The notes under the pieces: model-generated
What the model was told of the DNA's origin: nothing
Databases searched by the model: none
The model's input: only the letters and a program-made list of their open reading frames with translations
From: Candidatus Bathyarchaeota archaeon
Lineage (GTDB): Archaea; Thermoproteota; Bathyarchaeia; Bathyarchaeales; Bathycorpusculaceae
DNA length: 64,000 nt
Assembly (NCBI GenBank): GCA_963767735.1
Contig: CAVYES010000007.1
Span: 288,001-352,000 of the forward strand
Direction: 5' to 3'
In this document: positions 11,086 through 21,210 of the stretch, in pieces
Layout: the number at the start of each line of letters is the position of its first letter
How positions within the stretch are numbered: the stretch's first letter is position 1
Position numbers and translations under genes: made by a program

Positions 11086-11453
11086 GTATTCTTGGAAAAG
11101 GTCTAACCCAATAAATAAGCTTTCTTCTTTAACAAAGGTGAAGGCGTAACAAACATCGCGCCTGTACAAAGTTTCCACAGTTAATGTAAAACAGGTTTGG
11201 CAGTTTCTTGGCAAGAGGAACTGCGCGTTGTTGGACTACAGTCGTCTTTCCCGAATGATTTCCTCGAACTACAGCGACAAACCGCGTCAAGTAAATTCTT
11301 TCTACGAAAAAAAGTAAGCGAATTTATTTATAAACACCCGCAGGACTCCCTTATAAGAAATATAAGCGAGGCTCTGTCAGACGGGTTAGTGACAGTAAGG
11401 CAAAGAAAGGTGTGTTTGGAAGTAGTCGATTTCAAAAAAGGGAAAATTAAAAC

Positions 11454-12710
11454 ATGAGCAGAGAAACAAAAGATACCCTGAAAAAAGAAAAGTGGCTAAA
11501 TAGGAATGTCGCCGCAATAGGACTTACAAGCTTACTTAGCGATTCGAGTCACGAGATGGTTACGGCCATTCTCCCATTTTTCCTTCTTGCAATAGGCGCT
11601 GGACCAGCAGCATTAGGGTTGATAGAAGGCTTTTCAGACGGCGCTTCAAGTTTTGTGAAGTCGTTTGCAGGATATCTTAGCGACAAAATCGGAAAAAGAA
11701 AACCGATTATGAACCTCGGTTATCTTTCAACAGGCGTTTTTATACCTCTTATTGCAGCAACGACTTCATGGTTTCAAGTTTTGGGCTTGCGGGTTGCTGC
11801 TTGGCTGGGAAGAGGCGCTAGAGGTCCACCCAGAGACGCTTTATTGACAGATTCAACTTCTTCAAAATCCATTGGGAAAGCTTTCGGCTTTGAAAGGGCA
11901 ATGGACACTGTAGGTGCCGTAATAGGGTCAGCTTTGGCGCTTCTCTTTTTGACATTTCTTAGTTATAGACAAATTATAACGGTATCTCTGATACCTGGTC
12001 TGGCAGCATTTTTTGTTGTCTTTTTTGTGGTTCGGGAAGTGCGAAAGAAACCATCTCCACAGGCTCCAATCGTCTCTACTCATGGTGATGTTTTTGTAAG
12101 AGACGACGGCTTTATTCAGTCAGTCAGGACGCTTCCAAGGTCGTTTAAGCTTTTTCTCGTTGGAGTAGGCGTTTTTGGGTTGGGTAATTTTGCTAACAGT
12201 CTTTTAACTTTGCGTGCTCAAGAGGTCTTGGCGCCTAAAGTTGGTTCATTTGAAGCTTCAGTCATTGCTGTTGGCTTATATGTTCTGCTTAACGTTTCCT
12301 ATGCAGCTTTCTCGTTTCCCGTTGGTGCGTGGAGTGATAAAATCGGTAGGAAGAGAATTCTTGCGACAGGTTATTTTATATGCGCTATAGTTTGTTTGGC
12401 TACTGCTTTTCTCACGCCTGACTTTTTGGTGTTGGTTCCATTGTTCTTCGCTGCGGGAGTTTTTACAGCGATAACGGATACTATACAGGGGAGTGCGGCA
12501 GCGGATTTGTTGCCCACAGGGTCGAGGGGAACGGGTTTTGGCGTATTGCAGACAGTTAACGGCATTGGTGACTTTGTATCGAGCACTGTAGTTGGTGGGC
12601 TTTGGGTGCTTATATCACCGCTTGTAGCCTTCTCGTATGCAGCCGTACTTTCAACGGCTGGAGGCATCATCCTCCTTTATCTAACTCGAGGAAATCACCC
12701 GCTGAAATAA
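11454..12710 (+). CDS. MFS transporter
   Basis: ~12 hydrophobic segments, GYLSDKIGKRK and SDKIGRK motif A. Confidence 0.9.
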   Translation: MSRETKDTLKKEKWLNRNVAAIGLTSLLSDSSHEMVTAILPFFLLAIGAGPAALGLIEGFSDGASSFVKSFAGYLSDKIGKRKPIMNLGYLSTGVFIPLIAATTSWFQVLGLRVAAWLGRGARGPPRDALLTDSTSSKSIGKAFGFERAMDTVGAVIGSALALLFLTFLSYRQIITVSLIPGLAAFFVVFFVVREVRKKPSPQAPIVSTHGDVFVRDDGFIQSVRTLPRSFKLFLVGVGVFGLGNFANSLLTLRAQEVLAPKVGSFEASVIAVGLYVLLNVSYAAFSFPVGAWSDKIGRKRILATGYFICAIVCLATAFLTPDFLVLVPLFFAAGVFTAITDTIQGSAAADLLPTGSRGTGFGVLQTVNGIGDFVSSTVVGGLWVLISPLVAFSYAAVLSTAGGIILLYLTRGNHPLK

Positions 12711-12904
12711 ATTGATAGATAAAAATCAAATCACGCGCTTTAAGCTTTGCTTATTGTAATATTTTTGGTGTTGTCTACTGTGATACTCAAAAAGAGAATT
12801 GCCTGAGTCAACGGTTCACTTCTGCGGATTTATGCGTTCGCTTTGCACGTTGACTTCGCATGTGCGTTTCTACGGAGGGAATGTGTACTTTCGACGCATA
12901 GGAT

Positions 12905-12941
12905 GGTCCGAGCCGAACTTGAACCAAACGGGTTCAAGCCG
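12905..12941. repeat. ~38-bp hairpin repeat, copy 2
   Basis: GGTCCGAGCCGAACTTGAACC-AAACG-GGTTCAAGCCG. Confidence 0.8.
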
Positions 12942-13104
12942 CCATCATTTTCTCTTCTGTTAACCTTCTAATTGATTGAAACAAGCGAATTTTAACATTT
13001 TAATAGGTTTTCATAAGCGGGCGCTTTAAGACTTATCATCAATTAAAACTTAACTAAGTTACTTTAAAGTACAAAGCAAAGCATTATTAGTCCCGTATGG
13101 TCGC

Positions 13105-13302
13105 ATGTGGCTTGAGTGGGGATGTATTAAAAGAGCAGAAGCAGTAGCTCTTCTAAAAGAGTTATGTTCAGAACAGTTAATTCAACCATCTTTAGTTCTT
13201 ATTGAACAGAGAAAACCCGATAAATACCAGTTATGCGTTAAAGGCGATTATGACCTTCAACGACTAGGAGTATTTCTTCAAAAAATACACTTTGTCATTT
13301 GA
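13105..13302 (+). CDS. small hypothetical protein (3' end possibly frameshifted in an A-run)
   Basis: protein-like ORF KRAEAVALLKEL...; continues in an alternative frame after the A-run at ~13280. Confidence 0.45.
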   Translation: MWLEWGCIKRAEAVALLKELCSEQLIQPSLVLIEQRKPDKYQLCVKGDYDLQRLGVFLQKIHFVI

Positions 13303-13344
13303 AGAGGGCACAAAAGGTCTATGTATTTTAAGCTATAGGAAAGA

Positions 13345-13470
13345 CTATTTCGTTAATTTGAAACAGCAATTACAATTCGTGCAGGTATAAGCTTCGACAT
13401 GAAATATACTGTTTTCAAATACTTTGTCTGGCTTAGAAACTTCATTTCCACAGTTAGGACATTTAGCCAA
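13345..13470 (-). CDS. small zinc-ribbon protein
   Basis: MAKCPNCGNEVSKP...YTCTNC; TTG start. Confidence 0.65.
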   Translation of the reverse strand: MAKCPNCGNEVSKPDKVFENSIFHVEAYTCTNCNCCFKLTK

Positions 13471-13558
13471 CAAGCGTTGCCATCCAACTTTACCAAGTTG
13501 GCGTGAAATTGTTATAAGCTTTTGTTGGCACAACTTGATTCAACAAACAATCTGAACC

Positions 13559-13738
13559 TTACCTATCGCATTTCTTTTCTTCGTCCATCAGTTGAGCTAG
13601 GGTGTAGGTTATATAGGCTGAGAAGCTGTGAATGCCTTTTTTAATGGCGTATTCCTCTTTGACCTTAAGCCACTCGTTAAAAAAGTAATCGTAAACCTCA
13701 GCTTTTACAGTGATGCTTTTAAAGCCTTTTTTCGGCGT
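13559..13738 (-). CDS. ribbon-helix-helix protein with ACG (non-canonical or mutated) start
   Basis: manual translation (T)PKKGFKSITVKAEVYDYFFNEWLKVKEEYAIKKGIHSFSAYITY...; GAGGG RBS-like motif upstream. Confidence 0.6.
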   Translation of the reverse strand, partial: TPKKGFKSITVKAEVYDYFFNEWLKVKEEYAIKKGIHSFSAYITYTLAQLMDEEKKCDR

Positions 13739-13792
13739 TTTGTTTCCCTCTTAAGCTAGTTAGCGGACGTATGTTTATATAAGGTTTCATGC

Positions 13793-13840
13793 AGTACTGT
13801 TTCACCGTTAATTATATATTTAATTGTACGGTAAAGTACT
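13793..13840. promoter_or_regulatory. imperfect palindrome with AT-rich core between divergent RHH genes
   Basis: AGTACT..ACCGTTAATT-ATATAT-TTAATTGTACGGT..AGTACT. Confidence 0.55.
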
Positions 13841-13857
13841 TTTGGAGATTGGTAGTT

Positions 13858-14004
13858 TTGCCACGTAAAGGATACAAATGCATAACAATTACCGACAAAG
13901 TTCACGCAGAAATCAAAAAAAGAGCCAAAGAAACCAACCGCACATTGAGAGAATATGTAGAAGACTTGTTTGCTAAGGACAAAGTTGATAAAAAAGCGGC
14001 TTAA
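13858..14004 (+). CDS. ribbon-helix-helix (CopG-like) protein
   Basis: MPRKGYKCITITDKVHAEIKKRAKETNRTLREYVEDL; TTG start. Confidence 0.7.
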   Translation: MPRKGYKCITITDKVHAEIKKRAKETNRTLREYVEDLFAKDKVDKKAA

Positions 14005-14284
14005 CCACAAATTCTATTATTGCTGAATGAGCTTTTTTTGCTTTTTCTTCATATAGACCATATTCTTAATGTGGATTGATTTTGAGTAAAGTCATCAATG
14101 GACTCAGCAGACTTCTCTCTCAGGTACGAACATTATTAATACTAGTTAGTTAGCTAGCCAATGTATAGTAGTAGTCATCATGGACTTAATTTAACGCTAA
14201 CAAATTGAACTATATCTTTGGATTTTTGCAATAGCATTGGATTCAGAGAGAGAGAAAAAGAATTATCTGAAAGGAGTCTTGCAT

Positions 14285-17200
14285 GTGTCTAAAGTTGAAC
14301 AATCGGTAATTACGGTGGGAATTGGCGCTTCCGCGGGCGGCTTAGAAGCGTTCAAGGTTTTGTTCGAATGTTTGCCTGTTGATACGGGTTTGTCTTTTGT
14401 CGTTATTCAGCATCTGGCGGCTGGTCAGGAAAGCATGCTGACGGACATTCTTTCAAGATTTACTAAAATGCCCGTCCAAGCAGTCAAAGATGGACTGTCG
14501 GTTGTGCCAAACCATGTTTATGTGATTCCGCCTGGAACAATCATGACCATGGAAAATAAGGTCCTCAAACTCAACTCAACGGGTAAGTCTGTGAAACCCA
14601 TAGATGCTTTCTTTGTTTCATTGGCTGAAAACTTGAAAACTCAAAGCTTAGGAATTGTGCTCTCAGGAACGGGGTCTGATGGAACCGAAGGGCTAAAAGC
14701 TATAAAAGCTCAGGGAGGAATCACCTTTGCACAAACTCCAGTCACCGCACAGTACGGTGACATGCCTCAAAGTGCAATTTCAGCGGAAGCTGCAGATTTT
14801 GTTCTGCCTCCAGACAAAATAGCACAAGAACTGCAAAAAATCGCCAATAATCCTCAACTAGCACGAAGCGAAATCGCAGCAAAAGAAGAAACTGGATTAA
14901 AAGAAATAAAGCCAAAAAAGGCAACAGGCCTAAACTCAATATTCACCATGCTAAAATCTGAATGCAATGTTGATTTCTCACACTTCAAAGAAACAGTTGT
15001 AAACAGGCGTGTCACACGCCGGATGGTAATTAACCACATAGAAAAAATGGCCAATTACGCAAACTACCTTCAAACACATCCAGAAGAGCTGGCGGCATTA
15101 TACTCTGACATGCTAATCGGCGTAACAAGCTTCTTCAGAGAACCTGAAACATTTGAAGCACTAAAAGAAACGGTGTTTCCAGCACTAATTAAAAACCGCT
15201 CACCCAAAGAACCTATCAGAGTTTGGATCCCAGGATGCTCAACAGGAGAAGAAGCGTATTCCTTCGCTATAGCAATACAAGAGTACCTCAAAGAAAATGC
15301 CATAACAAACATTCAGGTTCAAATTTTCGGCACTGACGTGAACGAAAAAAACATTGAAAAAGCAAGACATGGAACCTACCCGCCAACCATAGAAACCGAC
15401 GTACTCGAAACGCGATTAAAACATTTCTTCGCAAGCTCTGACGGCAACTATCAAATCACAAAATCTATTCGGGACATGTGTGTTTTCGCCAAGCAGGACA
15501 TAACCGCTGATCCGCCGTTCTCCAATATGGATCTTATCAGTTGCCGCAACATGCTAATTTACTTTGATGAGTACCTTCACGAAAGAGTAGTGCCTACTCT
15601 GCATTATGCATTGAAGACCGGTGGTTTTCTCGTTGTTGGACAATCTGAAAGCATCGGAAAATTCACCCAGTTATTTGAACCTGTAGGCAAGAAGGGTGCG
15701 ATCTACGTAAAAAAGAGGGCGCAGCCTAGCATTACTTTTGGTCTTCAAGCGACGGCGCCTTATCTTAAGCGTAAACAGGGCAGAGAAGGCGAGCATAAAG
15801 ATGCCCTGGTAGTGTTGAAGGACGAGGTTGATCGTTTGTTGGTTACTGAATATGTTCCTGCAGCGTTGCTAGTTAATGCTGATTTGGATGTTCTCATTTT
15901 TCGGGGAAATATTGTACCGTACATTGTGCCTGAATCGGGATTGGCGAGTTTGAATCTGGCAAAGATCATTCGAAAAGAACTAAGGTCTGAAGTGCAGACG
16001 ATAATCTATAGGGCAAGTAAAGAGAACAAACATGTCAAAGAAAATGCCGTGCGCTTTGAATATTCTGGAGAGCAGAAAACAATCAACATCCAAGTTGTTC
16101 CATTGCATGTTGAACAGTATGAAGCACCATTTTTCCTCGTGTTGTTTGAAGACGTTAGTTCAGCGGCAGCGCTTCTACGCCAAACCATGTCGTTAAATAT
16201 GACGGCTGAAGGTCGAGAAAACGTTAAGGACCGTCAAAATAGAGAGCTCAGGGAAGAGTTGGATTCAACTAAGCAAACTTTGCAGAGAATTATTGAAACT
16301 CAGGAAGCAACAAACGAAGAACTCAGAACTACTATGGAGGAGGCGCAGTCGAGCAATGAGGAGCTTCAGAGCACAAATGAGGAATTGGAAACTGCAAAGG
16401 AAGAGCTTCAATCTAGCAATGAAGAATTAAAAACGTTAAATGACGAGGTCAAGAACCGAAACCAAACACTTGCGCTGCTGAATGATGACTTAACTAATTT
16501 GAATAGGAACATTGATCCAGTCGTTGTTATCATCGATAAAAGCCTTAAAATTAGGTTGTTTTCGCCTTCAGCGCGGAAAATTTTGAATCTTTCGCCATCA
16601 ACAGTTGGGCTGCCAATTACAAGTATCAAACTGGGCATAGCAGTTGAAGATTTGGGAGAAATAATTTCAGAAGTGATTTCAAAACTGAGCGGTTTCAATA
16701 AAGAAGTGCAGGATGGGCAGGGTCATTTTTATGAGTTGCGAGTTCGACCTTACATAACACAAGAAGACAAAATAGACGGCGCTGTTTTGTCGTTTGTCGA
16801 TATTGATGACAGAAAGAAGCTTGAAAAAGTTCAACGGTTGGCGGCGATAGGCGAGACAGCTGGCATGGTGGGTCATGATATTCGCAATCCGCTTCAAGCT
16901 ATAATTGGCGATATCTATTTGGCTAGAACAGAATTGGCTTCGACTCTGGAGAGCGAAGAGAAAAAGTGTGCGTTAGAGAGTTTGGAGGAGATCGAAAAGA
17001 ACATTGATTACATTAACAAAATTGTGTCAGACCTTCAAGACTACGCAAAAACGATTAATCCTGTTGCTCAAGAAACAAACTTGGAAGCCTTATGCAAGGA
17101 GCTGCTACAAGGGAAAGATGTTCCGAAAAACATCAAAGCAACGTGTAATGTTGACAGTACAGCTAAAATAATTGTGGTTGACGGTACTTTGTTAAAACGT

Positions 17201-17509
17201 GTTCTTGGAAATCTGGTTTCTAATGCAATTCAAGCTATGCCAAACGGCGGAGAGCTGACTCTTAGGGCACATCAGGAAGCAAGTGACATGGTCATCGCTA
17301 TTCAGGATACAGGCATCGGCATCCCTGATAAAGTCAAGCCGAAGCTTTTCACTCCATTATTCACCACTAAATCGAAAGGGCAAGGCTTAGGATTAGCCGT
17401 AGTCAAGCGTATGGTCGAAGCATTAAACGGAACTGTAACTTTTGAAAGCGTAGAAGGAAATGGCACGACTTTCATTATTCGTTTCCCCCTTAACAAGAGG
17501 CATATCTAA
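14285..17509 (+). CDS. CheB methylesterase/CheR methyltransferase/PAS/histidine kinase fusion
   Basis: GASAGG, QH, GSDG (CheB); VTSFFRE, GCSTGEEAYS, ISCRN (CheR); EELQS.NEEL coiled coil; HDIRNPL, N/G1/F/G2 boxes. Confidence 0.92.
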   Translation: MSKVEQSVITVGIGASAGGLEAFKVLFECLPVDTGLSFVVIQHLAAGQESMLTDILSRFTKMPVQAVKDGLSVVPNHVYVIPPGTIMTMENKVLKLNSTGKSVKPIDAFFVSLAENLKTQSLGIVLSGTGSDGTEGLKAIKAQGGITFAQTPVTAQYGDMPQSAISAEAADFVLPPDKIAQELQKIANNPQLARSEIAAKEETGLKEIKPKKATGLNSIFTMLKSECNVDFSHFKETVVNRRVTRRMVINHIEKMANYANYLQTHPEELAALYSDMLIGVTSFFREPETFEALKETVFPALIKNRSPKEPIRVWIPGCSTGEEAYSFAIAIQEYLKENAITNIQVQIFGTDVNEKNIEKARHGTYPPTIETDVLETRLKHFFASSDGNYQITKSIRDMCVFAKQDITADPPFSNMDLISCRNMLIYFDEYLHERVVPTLHYALKTGGFLVVGQSESIGKFTQLFEPVGKKGAIYVKKRAQPSITFGLQATAPYLKRKQGREGEHKDALVVLKDEVDRLLVTEYVPAALLVNADLDVLIFRGNIVPYIVPESGLASLNLAKIIRKELRSEVQTIIYRASKENKHVKENAVRFEYSGEQKTINIQVVPLHVEQYEAPFFLVLFEDVSSAAALLRQTMSLNMTAEGRENVKDRQNRELREELDSTKQTLQRIIETQEATNEELRTTMEEAQSSNEELQSTNEELETAKEELQSSNEELKTLNDEVKNRNQTLALLNDDLTNLNRNIDPVVVIIDKSLKIRLFSPSARKILNLSPSTVGLPITSIKLGIAVEDLGEIISEVISKLSGFNKEVQDGQGHFYELRVRPYITQEDKIDGAVLSFVDIDDRKKLEKVQRLAAIGETAGMVGHDIRNPLQAIIGDIYLARTELASTLESEEKKCALESLEEIEKNIDYINKIVSDLQDYAKTINPVAQETNLEALCKELLQGKDVPKNIKATCNVDSTAKIIVVDGTLLKRVLGNLVSNAIQAMPNGGELTLRAHQEASDMVIAIQDTGIGIPDKVKPKLFTPLFTTKSKGQGLGLAVVKRMVEALNGTVTFESVEGNGTTFIIRFPLNKRHI

Positions 17510-17704
17510 GCAATGCACATTAGTCTAGTTCTGCACCATGAGTAACAGGCTTGATGAACATTTATTTTTAAGACTGATTTAGCAAATTTTCTCAATCTTC
17601 TAAATAATTCGCTAAGATGATAAAACAAGAAGGCACTTTTAACTTAAAACTGGAGTTGCCCGAACAAATTGGGGCTCAGACCGTGCAGGGGATGAGTCTA
17701 ATTT

Positions 17705-17742
17705 GGGCCGAGCCGAACTTGAACCTAAACGGTACTAACCCG
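17705..17742. repeat. ~38-bp hairpin repeat, copy 3 (degenerate)
   Basis: GGGCCGAGCCGAACTTGAACCTAAACGGTACTAACCCG. Confidence 0.7.
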
Positions 17743-17903
17743 TTGACCAACAAAATAAATTCAATAGCTTTAATCCGATAAGGAAGAGACCTATACTTAT
17801 CCACAAAAAGTACGTATTCGCTGGTGAGTGGCGGGTCCGCTGGGTTCCGCACTCAAAATATGATGGAACAAGGCCCTACCCCAAACAGGGGCAGAACCGA
17901 TAA

Positions 17904-17978
17904 CGGGCCCGATGGGATTTGAACCCATGACTTTCAGCTTAGAAGGCTGACGCGCTATCCGTACTGCGCCACGGGCCC
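17904..17978 (-). tRNA. tRNA-Arg(TCT)
   Basis: GGGCCCG/CGGGCCC acceptor stem, TCAGC-CTTCTAA-GCTGA anticodon arm, GGTTCAAATCC T-arm; TATA-like element ~30 nt upstream. Confidence 0.95.
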
Positions 17979-18053
17979 TCTTGCGGGCACTCTAATGAAA
18001 ACACTTACAAATATAATTTTATCCCTGAGTATCTGCGTTTATTATATAGTGTT

Positions 18054-19256
18054 CTAAATGTAGCTGGAGAATCTTTTCGGTTTTCTGTAACAGTGAACTT
18101 GCAATCCGTTGATAGCGAGCTCATCGTATTTTATCCAGCCTGCCTGACCAAGCTTCATAATTTCCTCAACAGTCGTCGCGGTTGTTGTCTCAAATTGGTC
18201 ATCCTTGAATTCGATCATGCCAATGTATTTCATGCTGTTTTCAATACGCTTATGACCCAATAGCTTCTTTACTAATAACACGTTGCCGTTTGTGTGGTAG
18301 GCAATCATTGTGCCTCCCCAATGTCTGAAGGTCCTTAGTTCTATCTTTAGAATTCGAGGGTTTTGCTGTAGGTTCGCCACTCGCTTTCTCACGTGGTTAT
18401 AGGTGTAGATGATGCTTCGGTAGGTTGTTGGAAAGACTCTTTGCGATACTCTTGGTAAGCAGTTAATCATTGATAGCAGACGACTTGAAACCTTAAGGGT
18501 TCTTGGCAAGTGGCCTTTTACTGGATGGTTGATCTTAATAGTTTGTTCTTTCTCAGAGATGTCTATCCATTCGATTCTTAGGGCTTCTGAGGGGTCGCCG
18601 TAGGTTTCTTTGAGGGTTTGAAGATAGGTTGCTACTCGTCGCGATTTGCAGGCGCTTATCAAGGCATCAAGCTCTGACTCGTCGGGGATAAATGGAATGA
18701 TTTCTTCTTGCCTGTATTTTGGTGGCTTCCAAGTTATCTTCATCATTGTTACGAGGGCATTGTATGCGTAGACGTACTGCAGTTTCATGCCGTCCTTGAC
18801 TTTTTGTCTTCCGATGACTGCTTTAACGTCTTCGGGATCTCGCAGGTTAGCACCAAGCCTTGCGAGACGTCGAATAACGTTTGGGTATTGTGTTTCGTCG
18901 CTGAATCCTTCTTTCTCCAGGTATGCTAGGAACTGAGCAACTAATCCAGCTGCGTCAGGTGGCAGTTTTGCATCTCCCGCACAAACTTTGGTTTTTTGTC
19001 GTGCGGTTTCCAAATTTTTCGCACCTTCGATGATTGCGCCTATTTGGCGTTTAGAATGTAAGGCAATTGGACTATTTAATAACCAGTTTGGGTTTTTTTG
19101 TAACGGCTTCTCAGAAAACCTGTAACCGCAATCACGGCATAGCCATCGCTGAACTGAATTCTCTTTTGAGAGGTAGCGTAATCCGTCCTTGTACAGTCTA
19201 TTCGAACCGCATTGAGGACATAGGACGCTCAAGGAGTCTGGATTTGGCAACTGCAT
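18054..19256 (-). CDS. tyrosine recombinase/integrase with N-terminal zinc ribbon and atypical catalytic motifs
   Basis: CPQCGS..CRDCG; TFRHW, LLGH, KY; box I reads TYGDPSE. Confidence 0.88.
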   Translation of the reverse strand: MQLPNPDSLSVLCPQCGSNRLYKDGLRYLSKENSVQRWLCRDCGYRFSEKPLQKNPNWLLNSPIALHSKRQIGAIIEGAKNLETARQKTKVCAGDAKLPPDAAGLVAQFLAYLEKEGFSDETQYPNVIRRLARLGANLRDPEDVKAVIGRQKVKDGMKLQYVYAYNALVTMMKITWKPPKYRQEEIIPFIPDESELDALISACKSRRVATYLQTLKETYGDPSEALRIEWIDISEKEQTIKINHPVKGHLPRTLKVSSRLLSMINCLPRVSQRVFPTTYRSIIYTYNHVRKRVANLQQNPRILKIELRTFRHWGGTMIAYHTNGNVLLVKKLLGHKRIENSMKYIGMIEFKDDQFETTTATTVEEIMKLGQAGWIKYDELAINGLQVHCYRKPKRFSSYI

Positions 19257-19629
19257 GAGAATCCGCCATCCTAACTCAGTTGCCCTTCAAGACGCGCCTT
19301 TGATAGTTCGACCTTGCGGTTGTTTTTAAAAAACTCGTTTTCCGTCGCTGTGATAGCACTTTGAATCTTGATCTTCAACCTTTGTTTTCCTCTTCGAATT
19401 TGAATTTCCAAATTCCAAAGTCTCTTCTTACGAAGAGGTTACAAGGTTACATTTTCCAAATTTAACTTACACTTTTTCACTTTAATTATTATAGCGCTAT
19501 TTCGCCATATGAAACACTACATCTAGTGTAGGCGCAATATTTAACTTTTACACCATTTGAAATACAGGTGGTCTAAGCACATCGGGTTCTGTTATTTTTC
19601 AGGGTTGAAGAGGTAGCGTCTTTTCCCTG

Positions 19630-19827
19630 TTACCTTTTGGTTGGTAAATCAATTTTACTGCCGCTCTTAACCGCGCCAGGAACGTTAGCCTCCTGCGGAA
19701 CCTTAGTACTTTTCAGAAGGCCTACGCTGAAGTTTTTGAAACGCTCCCTCTGCTCCGCCTCGTACTCGTTGAATGCAGCTTTAAGTTTCTCGAAACCTTC
19801 ACTATCAAATTTTTCTTCACTCATCAA
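19630..19827 (-). CDS. small hypothetical protein
   Basis: GAGGTGA RBS-like motif upstream; 65 aa charged ORF. Confidence 0.55.
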   Translation of the reverse strand: MMSEEKFDSEGFEKLKAAFNEYEAEQRERFKNFSVGLLKSTKVPQEANVPGAVKSGSKIDLPTKR

Positions 19828-20023
19828 ATCACCTCATTAATCTTAACGCGCTGTTTTGTCGCGAAATCGATGAAATGAAAAATCTAAAAAAACCTTTTAT
19901 GTCTCCACTGCCTCATTCAATTCGAGGTCAATGCGCACCTTGAGGTGTTCCACTCTTGGAACAGTCTGTTTCATCATTAGAACTAAATCTCACTTTGTTT
20001 AAGTATGTGATAGGGAAGCCGAA

Positions 20024-21190
20024 ATGAAGAATCTAAAGAAAATCTTCCGGGTCATAATTCTGATTACATTGATTCTCGTCTTGTCAGCTGCCAACATGGT
20101 TCACGCTCAAGTAACCGCCACGATATCGGTTGGATTTGGACCGGAAAGCGTAGCATATGATTCGGGAAAGAGAGAAATATTTGTAACTCTTTTTGGCCTA
20201 AATAACACGGTTTCGGTTATATCTGATCGCAATAATAGTGTTGTTGCAAGCGTAAACGTAGGAAACCAACCTAGCGGGGTAGCCTATGATTCTGGCAAGA
20301 GCGAAATCTTCGTAGCAAATGAGGACGACAATACGATCTCAATAATTTCCGACAAAAATAACACCGTTGTTGCAACAGTTCCTGTGGGAACTAATCCTGT
20401 CGGCATAGCTTACGATTCTAGCAAGGGCGAAATATACGTAGTCAATCAAGGTTCCAACTCAGTCTCTATCGTATCGGACAGCAATAATTCTGTCGTAGCA
20501 ACCTTAGCTTTAAACAGTCCTATGGACGTAGCCTATGATTCTGGCAAGAACGAAATTTTCGTAGCTAACGGAAATGAAAACGCAGTAACAGTCATATCAG
20601 ACAAAAACAACAGTATTATTGATACGATTCCAGCTGGAAACAGCCCATATTACTTAGCCTATGATTCTGGCAAAGGCGAAATATTCGTGAGTGGTTTAAC
20701 TGACAGCATTATTTCGGTCATATCGGATAGCACGAACACTGTGGTTGCAAACGTGTCTGTAGCGCAAGGTTCCTATCCAACCGGTCCTTGGGCGATGGCT
20801 TATGATTCAGGTAAGGGCGTAGTGTTTGCAGCCACGGAGGGTGATAGTTCTGTCGGTTCAGGCTGGGTCTCGGTCATATCAGACAGTACCAATAAAGTAT
20901 TGGGCATACTTAACGTAGTGAAAGCCAATCTTGTAGGAATAACCTATGATGACGCCATGAGCGAAGTATTCGTCGCTAATGTTGCTGATGGAACAGTTTC
21001 AGTGATATCAGATTCCTATCTCCCATCCATAACTCCAAGTCCAACGGCATCTGCTTCCCCAAGTCCAACTGTTCCAGAGTTTGGCAGTGCAGGTCTCATT
21101 TTAGTGATGGCAGCAGTGGTGACTGCGACCCTATGTGCGGTTGCATTGACAGTCAGAAAATCGACCCGAACTGGCTTTGATTCGAACTAG
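20024..21190 (+). CDS. YncE/YVTN beta-propeller surface protein with PEF-type C-terminal sorting signal
   Basis: signal peptide, 7x AYDSGK.EIFV..SVISD repeats, Pro/Ser/Thr linker, VPEF + TM + basic tail. Confidence 0.88.
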   Translation: MKNLKKIFRVIILITLILVLSAANMVHAQVTATISVGFGPESVAYDSGKREIFVTLFGLNNTVSVISDRNNSVVASVNVGNQPSGVAYDSGKSEIFVANEDDNTISIISDKNNTVVATVPVGTNPVGIAYDSSKGEIYVVNQGSNSVSIVSDSNNSVVATLALNSPMDVAYDSGKNEIFVANGNENAVTVISDKNNSIIDTIPAGNSPYYLAYDSGKGEIFVSGLTDSIISVISDSTNTVVANVSVAQGSYPTGPWAMAYDSGKGVVFAATEGDSSVGSGWVSVISDSTNKVLGILNVVKANLVGITYDDAMSEVFVANVADGTVSVISDSYLPSITPSPTASASPSPTVPEFGSAGLILVMAAVVTATLCAVALTVRKSTRTGFDSN

Positions 21191-21210
21191 ACGAAAAAGA
21201 AAGAAAAACA

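Noticed and set aside
11197-11457. 86-aa ORF upstream of the MFS gene
   Set aside because: TTG start, no recognisable motif; likely promoter/intergenic DNA
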